Under the pieces are notes generated by a model, which was given only the letters and a program-made list of their open reading frames with translations, made no database searches and had not been told where the DNA came from. DNA of 54,264 nt from NCBI GenBank assembly GCA_042584405.1, contig JBHOSR010000004.1:1-54264 (forward strand), given 5' to 3'. Both the position numbers and the translations under genes were made by a program. The stretch comes from Bacteroidota bacterium. Its GTDB lineage: Bacteria; Bacteroidota; Bacteroidia; Bacteroidales; UBA12077. This document shows, in pieces, positions 50,701-54,264 of this stretch; the stretch's first letter is position 1, and the number at the start of each line of letters is the position of its first letter.

Positions 50701-50733
50701 AGACCTAACAGGTTTTAAAAACCTGTTAGGTCT
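50701..50733. repeat. REP-like perfect palindrome
   Basis: AGACCTAACAGGTTTT-A-AAAACCTGTTAGGTCT with 16-bp arms, lying between divergent genes and so unlikely to be a terminator. Confidence 0.75.
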
Positions 50734-50766
50734 AATAATAAAACCAAATAGTTTTTAAAATAAGAA

Positions 50767-51297
50767 ATGAACTTTAGGGATCAGTTATTAGCCGAATTAT
50801 CGAAAAGAAATACCGATTATATTGCTTCAATAGTAGATAAGGATGAGAAATTATTTAAGCAAATTTTCGATTTGGTACTTACCAATGAGCAATATGTTTC
50901 TGGACGCGCCGCATGGGTTATCGAAGTATTATGGTTAAAATATCCGAATATAGTTGATTCATACATTAATGATATGATTGATTTTCTTACCCAATCGAAG
51001 TATGACAATCAAAAGCGGCATTTTACAAAGATTTTATCTACTATTGATTTAAATACATTAGATGAAGATCGATTAGGAATTTTAATTGATCGTTGTTTTT
51101 CTTGGCTTGAGGATCCTATTTACCCTACTGCGGTTAAAATGTTTTCAATGCAAATAATTTATAATTACATAAAAATTGAGCCTATTTTAGCATCAGAACT
51201 TATAGCAATAATCGAAAATCAGTTTGAAGATAGTACTCCTGGATTTAAAAATAGAGGAGAAAAATTGCTTAAAGAGCTATATAAACTGGTCGATTAA
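50767..51297 (+). CDS. Hypothetical alpha-solenoid (HEAT-like) protein
   Basis: RAAWV, CFSWL...AVK.FSM, GFKNRG helical pattern. Confidence 0.7.
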   Translation: MNFRDQLLAELSKRNTDYIASIVDKDEKLFKQIFDLVLTNEQYVSGRAAWVIEVLWLKYPNIVDSYINDMIDFLTQSKYDNQKRHFTKILSTIDLNTLDEDRLGILIDRCFSWLEDPIYPTAVKMFSMQIIYNYIKIEPILASELIAIIENQFEDSTPGFKNRGEKLLKELYKLVD

Positions 51298-51360
51298 TAG
51301 TTTGTTATAAAGCATTTATTAATATACATATCTATATATTGTAATTTAAAATATTTCTAT

Positions 51361-51368
51361 TAGTTTTG
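51361..51368 (+). promoter_or_regulatory. Bacteroidota -7 promoter element
   Basis: TAGTTTTG upstream of the ferredoxin gene. Confidence 0.5.
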
Positions 51369-51399
51369 CACTCGATTTGAATTATAAATTGATTGTAAA

Positions 51400-51588
51400 A
51401 TGAAAAATATTGTAGTTAACGAAAACTTTTGTCCGCAAAATCATCCATGTCCATCAACAGGTATATGCCCAGTTGGAGCTATAAATCAGAAAAGTCCGTT
51501 TAGTGCACCCGAAATTGATTATGACAAATGCACAGGTTGCGGAATTTGCACAAGATCATGCATGGCATTTCAGTGTACAAACTGTTAA
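51400..51588 (+). CDS. Small 4Fe-4S dicluster ferredoxin-like protein
   Basis: CPQNHPC....CPVGAI and CTGCGICTRSC. Confidence 0.88.
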   Translation: MKNIVVNENFCPQNHPCPSTGICPVGAINQKSPFSAPEIDYDKCTGCGICTRSCMAFQCTNC

Positions 51589-51589
51589 A

Positions 51590-51619
51590 AAAAAGAGGCT
51601 TTAGAATAAGCCTCTTTTT
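51590..51619. terminator. Bidirectional intrinsic terminator
   Basis: AAAAAGAGGCTT-TAGAAT-AAGCCTCTTTTT between convergent stops. Confidence 0.85.
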
Positions 51620-51794
51620 ATTTAGGTTCCCAAAAACATACTTTTGGAGATACAATTTTTTCTTCTTTCTTTAAAATTTTCATGGCTTTATCTACTTCCT
51701 TCTTATCTATTCCAATAATTTCAGCAATTTCTCCGGCCTTAAGTGCTTTACCTGCTTTTTTCATAGCCTCTAGTACTTTTTGAGTATTTTCCAT
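51618..51794 (-). CDS. Small winged-helix protein, 58 aa (absent from the ORF track)
   Basis: Read by hand: [58 protein letters not shown]. Confidence 0.85.
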   Translation of the reverse strand: MENTQKVLEAMKKAGKALKAGEIAEIIGIDKKEVDKAMKILKKEEKIVSPKVCFWEPK

Positions 51795-51925
51795 AATGAA
51801 TGTTTTAAAAGGTTAAAAATAAATCAAATGTTAAAATTAACGTAAATCATTTACAAAGCAGAATATAATACTACAAAATTTGTAATCCCCTATTTATAGG
51901 AGTTTAACATTTTTTAACGTATTAA

Positions 51926-51998
51926 TACGAAAATAATCGTAGAAAAGTTTGTAAGTACGAAAGTTGTCGTATATATTTGTAGTACGAAATTATTCGTA
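51926..51998 (+). promoter_or_regulatory. blaI promoter with three TACGA-N6-TCGTA operators
   Basis: Boxes at 51926, 51956 and 51983; TTTG (51948-51951), 20 nt, TATATTTG (51972-51979). Confidence 0.85.
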
Positions 51999-52033
51999 AT
52001 GCATCAAAATATATAATTATTCGTCTATATGTT

Positions 52034-52492
52034 ATGAGTATAAAAAGTAAATACAATCCTACAGAATCAGAACTTGAGATTTTACAGCTTTTATGGGAAT
52101 TTGGACCATCAACAGTTCGATTTATTAATGAAAAACAAAACGAAGAAAAAGACCTGCCTGCCGGCAAGGCAGGAGTTGGCTATACAACTACCTTAAAAAT
52201 AATGCAAATTATGGTAGAAAAAGCTATGCTAAACGTAAATAAAGAAAGCCGCCAACATATCTACGCTCCTGCTCTAGACGAGGATGAAACCAAAAGCAGA
52301 TTATTGGATGGCTTTCTAAAGAAAACTTTTTCTGGTTCAGCCATGAAATTAGTTATGCAAGCTTTAGGAAATCACAAACCTTCGAAAGAAGAGCTTGATG
52401 AGATCAAGAGCTTAATTAATAAAATTGAAAATCCATCTGCCCTGCCTGACCGGCAGGCAGGCGACAGGCATGATAAATCTTCTGAATCATGA
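52034..52492 (+). CDS. BlaI/MecI/CopY family repressor carrying palindromic insertions
   Basis: PTESELEILQLLW..GPSTVR, YTTTLKIMQIM.EK, F.GSA.KLV.QALG; extra peptides LPAGKAG and PSALPDRQAGDRH. Confidence 0.92.
   Translation: MSIKSKYNPTESELEILQLLWEFGPSTVRFINEKQNEEKDLPAGKAGVGYTTTLKIMQIMVEKAMLNVNKESRQHIYAPALDEDETKSRLLDGFLKKTFSGSAMKLVMQALGNHKPSKEELDEIKSLINKIENPSALPDRQAGDRHDKSSES
52153..52173. repeat. 21-bp GC-rich palindromic insertion inside blaI
   Basis: CCTGCCTGCCGGCAAGGCAGG; removing it restores GAA GTT GGC TAT (EVGY). Confidence 0.85.
52432..52472. repeat. Nested GC-rich palindromic insertions at the blaI 3' end
   Basis: Inner CCTGCCTGACCGGCAGGCAGG (52441-52461) inside a decayed TCCATCTGC/CGACAGGCATG. 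Confidence 0.75.
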
Positions 52493-54045
52493 ATTTATTA
52501 AACAGTTTATTTAACGATAAAATCATTGATGCCCTGGGCTGGAATATATTTCATATTCTATGGCAAGGATTTTTAATCGCAATTGTTCTAGGTTTTGTTC
52601 TTCGATTATTAAAACATAAATCGGCCAATATTAAATACCTAATTTCCTTTACTTCGCTAATTCTGTTAGTTGGTTTATCGGTGTTTAATTTTACAAATAA
52701 CTATAATCAAACCTCTCTTTTAAGTAAAAATCAATATGAAAATTTAAATCGAGCAGAAATTAATGAAGCAATACTTATAGATTTAAATGAATCAAATATT
52801 GAATTGTCGCAAGGCTTTGTAGATGATATAAAGATAAAAATTAAGAGTATCGATAAATACTTCCCAATTATTGTGAATTTATGGATTATTGGTGTATTTG
52901 TTTTTACATTAAAATTTATTTTAAGTTTTTTATATACAAGTAGATTAAGAAGTAAAAGTTTAAATAAAATAACAGAACAGTGGTTTAGCAGATTCAAAAA
53001 GATTGAGAAACAGTTAAAAATTAGGAAAACTGTTAAATACATTGAATCCAAATTTGTTAAAATCCCATTAGTTTTAGGCTATTTTAAGCCGGTTGTAGTA
53101 ATTCCGATCGAAATGCTAACAGGAATGCCATCTAATCAAATAGAGGCTATTATAGCCCATGAATTAGCTCATATACGACGAAACGATTATATATTAAATG
53201 TATTACAAACTATTATTGAAACGGTGTTTTTCTTTCATCCTGCGATTTGGTACATATCATTGCAAATAAGAAAGGAAAGAGAAAACTCTTGCGATGATAT
53301 GGCATTAACTGTTTGCGATGGATCATTAGTATATGCAAAAGCATTAGTTTCAGTTCAAGAACTTACTCTAAGAAAGCATTATTCCGCGGTTGCTTTTTCG
53401 GGTAGAAAAAAACATTTGTTAAACAGAATTAAACGTATGATTATGAAACCAAAAGTTAAATCAAATTTTACAGATAAAATAATTGCAGCTGTTATCATTT
53501 TATCGGCTGTATTGACACTATCGTTTACTTATGCTGCTAAAACATCAAATTATGTTATAGAAGAGGGATTTAAAATCAACAAAGTTAATCCCCCTGTAGT
53601 AAAAAGTACTGTTGAATCACTAGAAAAATATGAGATAGTTGAGATTAAAAAAGCAGAAACTCCAGTTATCAGCGATACGGTTAAAATCAAGAAAAGTCAT
53701 CATAATGAAATTGATATTGAGGATAATACAGTTGTAAGAACTTATAGAGATGATAATGGAAAAAAGAAGGAAATGAAATTTACTATGAAAAATGGTAAAG
53801 TAACAGAGCTGTATGTTGATGGTAAAAAGGTTCCTAAGGATGAATATGATAAGTATCAAGCTGAAATTGATGAAACCATTGCAGATCTTAAAGAAGCTAA
53901 AACTGATATTCGTGAAGCAATGAAAGATATTGAAGAACTTGATATTGAAAAAATTCAATTTGAAATTCAAGAAGCTATGGAAGATGTTAATATTGATATG
54001 ATAGAAATTCAAGAAGAAATTGCTAAATCGATATTGAAGATTTAA
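52489..54045 (+). CDS. M56 family (BlaR1/MecR1-like) metallopeptidase sensor, probably frameshifted near the 3' end
   Basis: GW..FH.LWQ, HELAHIRRND, FFFHPAIW, ERENSCDD, L.NRIKR; ATGA overlap with blaI. Confidence 0.9.
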   Translation: MNLLNSLFNDKIIDALGWNIFHILWQGFLIAIVLGFVLRLLKHKSANIKYLISFTSLILLVGLSVFNFTNNYNQTSLLSKNQYENLNRAEINEAILIDLNESNIELSQGFVDDIKIKIKSIDKYFPIIVNLWIIGVFVFTLKFILSFLYTSRLRSKSLNKITEQWFSRFKKIEKQLKIRKTVKYIESKFVKIPLVLGYFKPVVVIPIEMLTGMPSNQIEAIIAHELAHIRRNDYILNVLQTIIETVFFFHPAIWYISLQIRKERENSCDDMALTVCDGSLVYAKALVSVQELTLRKHYSAVAFSGRKKHLLNRIKRMIMKPKVKSNFTDKIIAAVIILSAVLTLSFTYAAKTSNYVIEEGFKINKVNPPVVKSTVESLEKYEIVEIKKAETPVISDTVKIKKSHHNEIDIEDNTVVRTYRDDNGKKKEMKFTMKNGKVTELYVDGKKVPKDEYDKYQAEIDETIADLKEAKTDIREAMKDIEELDIEKIQFEIQEAMEDVNIDMIEIQEEIAKSILKI

Positions 54046-54264
54046 TGAATGAGGTCGAAATGAATTTGGAGCATTTAGAAGATTTAGATTTTGACTTCGA
54101 TTTTGATTTTGACCATGATATTAAAATTAAAATAGATGGAATTGATATCGACATGGAAGAAATTCATAAAGAAATGGAAAAAGCGCGTGAAGCAATTCAT
54201 GAAAATATTGATATGGAGGAGATTCAGAAAGAGTTACAAAAGGTTCAAAAAGAACTAAGTAATA
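54027..54264 (+). pseudogene. Out-of-frame continuation of the M56 protein C-terminal repeats, running off the window
   Basis: The -1 frame reads IDIEDLMNEVEMNLEHLEDLDFDFDFDFDHDIKIKIDGIDIDMEEIHKEMEKAREAIHENIDMEEIQKELQKVQKELSN with no stop, in the same IDMxEIxxE repeat style as the upstream ORF. Confidence 0.65.

Noticed and set aside
679-54012. The many 60-140-aa antisense or alternate-frame ORFs in the track (e.g. 6174-6497, 33137-33559, 43950-44276, 53620-54012)
   Set aside because: They overlap well-supported genes and have no motifs; they are shadow ORFs.
54082-54113. GATTTT-type hexamer repeat as a contingency locus
   Set aside because: It encodes an in-frame DFDFDFD linker, and unit changes would not shift the frame.

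Overview
AT-rich (about 30% GC by eye) chromosomal window from a Bacteroidota member, probably an anaerobic Bacteroidales/Marinilabiliales-like lineage, judged from TAnnTTTG promoters, T9SS C-terminal domains and propeller/Y_Y_Y sensors. No rRNA, tRNA, CRISPR array or transposase was seen. In order it holds: a 5'-truncated CoA-substrate activase fusion; a 7TM histidine kinase; an adenine methyltransferase plus an atypical PD-(D/E)xK nuclease; an uncalled 57-aa very basic protein; a metY-like/thrC/apgM cluster; an XRE-regulated operon with four operators at 21-bp period; a membrane-spanning AraC/TPR regulator with a divergent ankyrin/acyltransferase unit; and a five-gene cupredoxin(T9SS)-cytochrome c lipoprotein-DUF5777-like barrel-YceI-PP2C sensor operon. 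After that come rnhA, an ARPP-1-like protein, an HI0933-family flavoprotein, a 3049-aa T9SS protein with five beta-helix modules, a second PP2C sensor, msrA, a ferredoxin, a small winged-helix protein and a blaI/blaR-like pair. The best candidates for something new are (i) the envelope-spanning redox operon coupled to a phosphatase sensor, (ii) 20-21-bp GC-rich palindromes inserted, one nested, inside the blaI coding sequence without target duplication, and (iii) the methyltransferase/nuclease pair. All family calls come from reading motifs; no searches were run.
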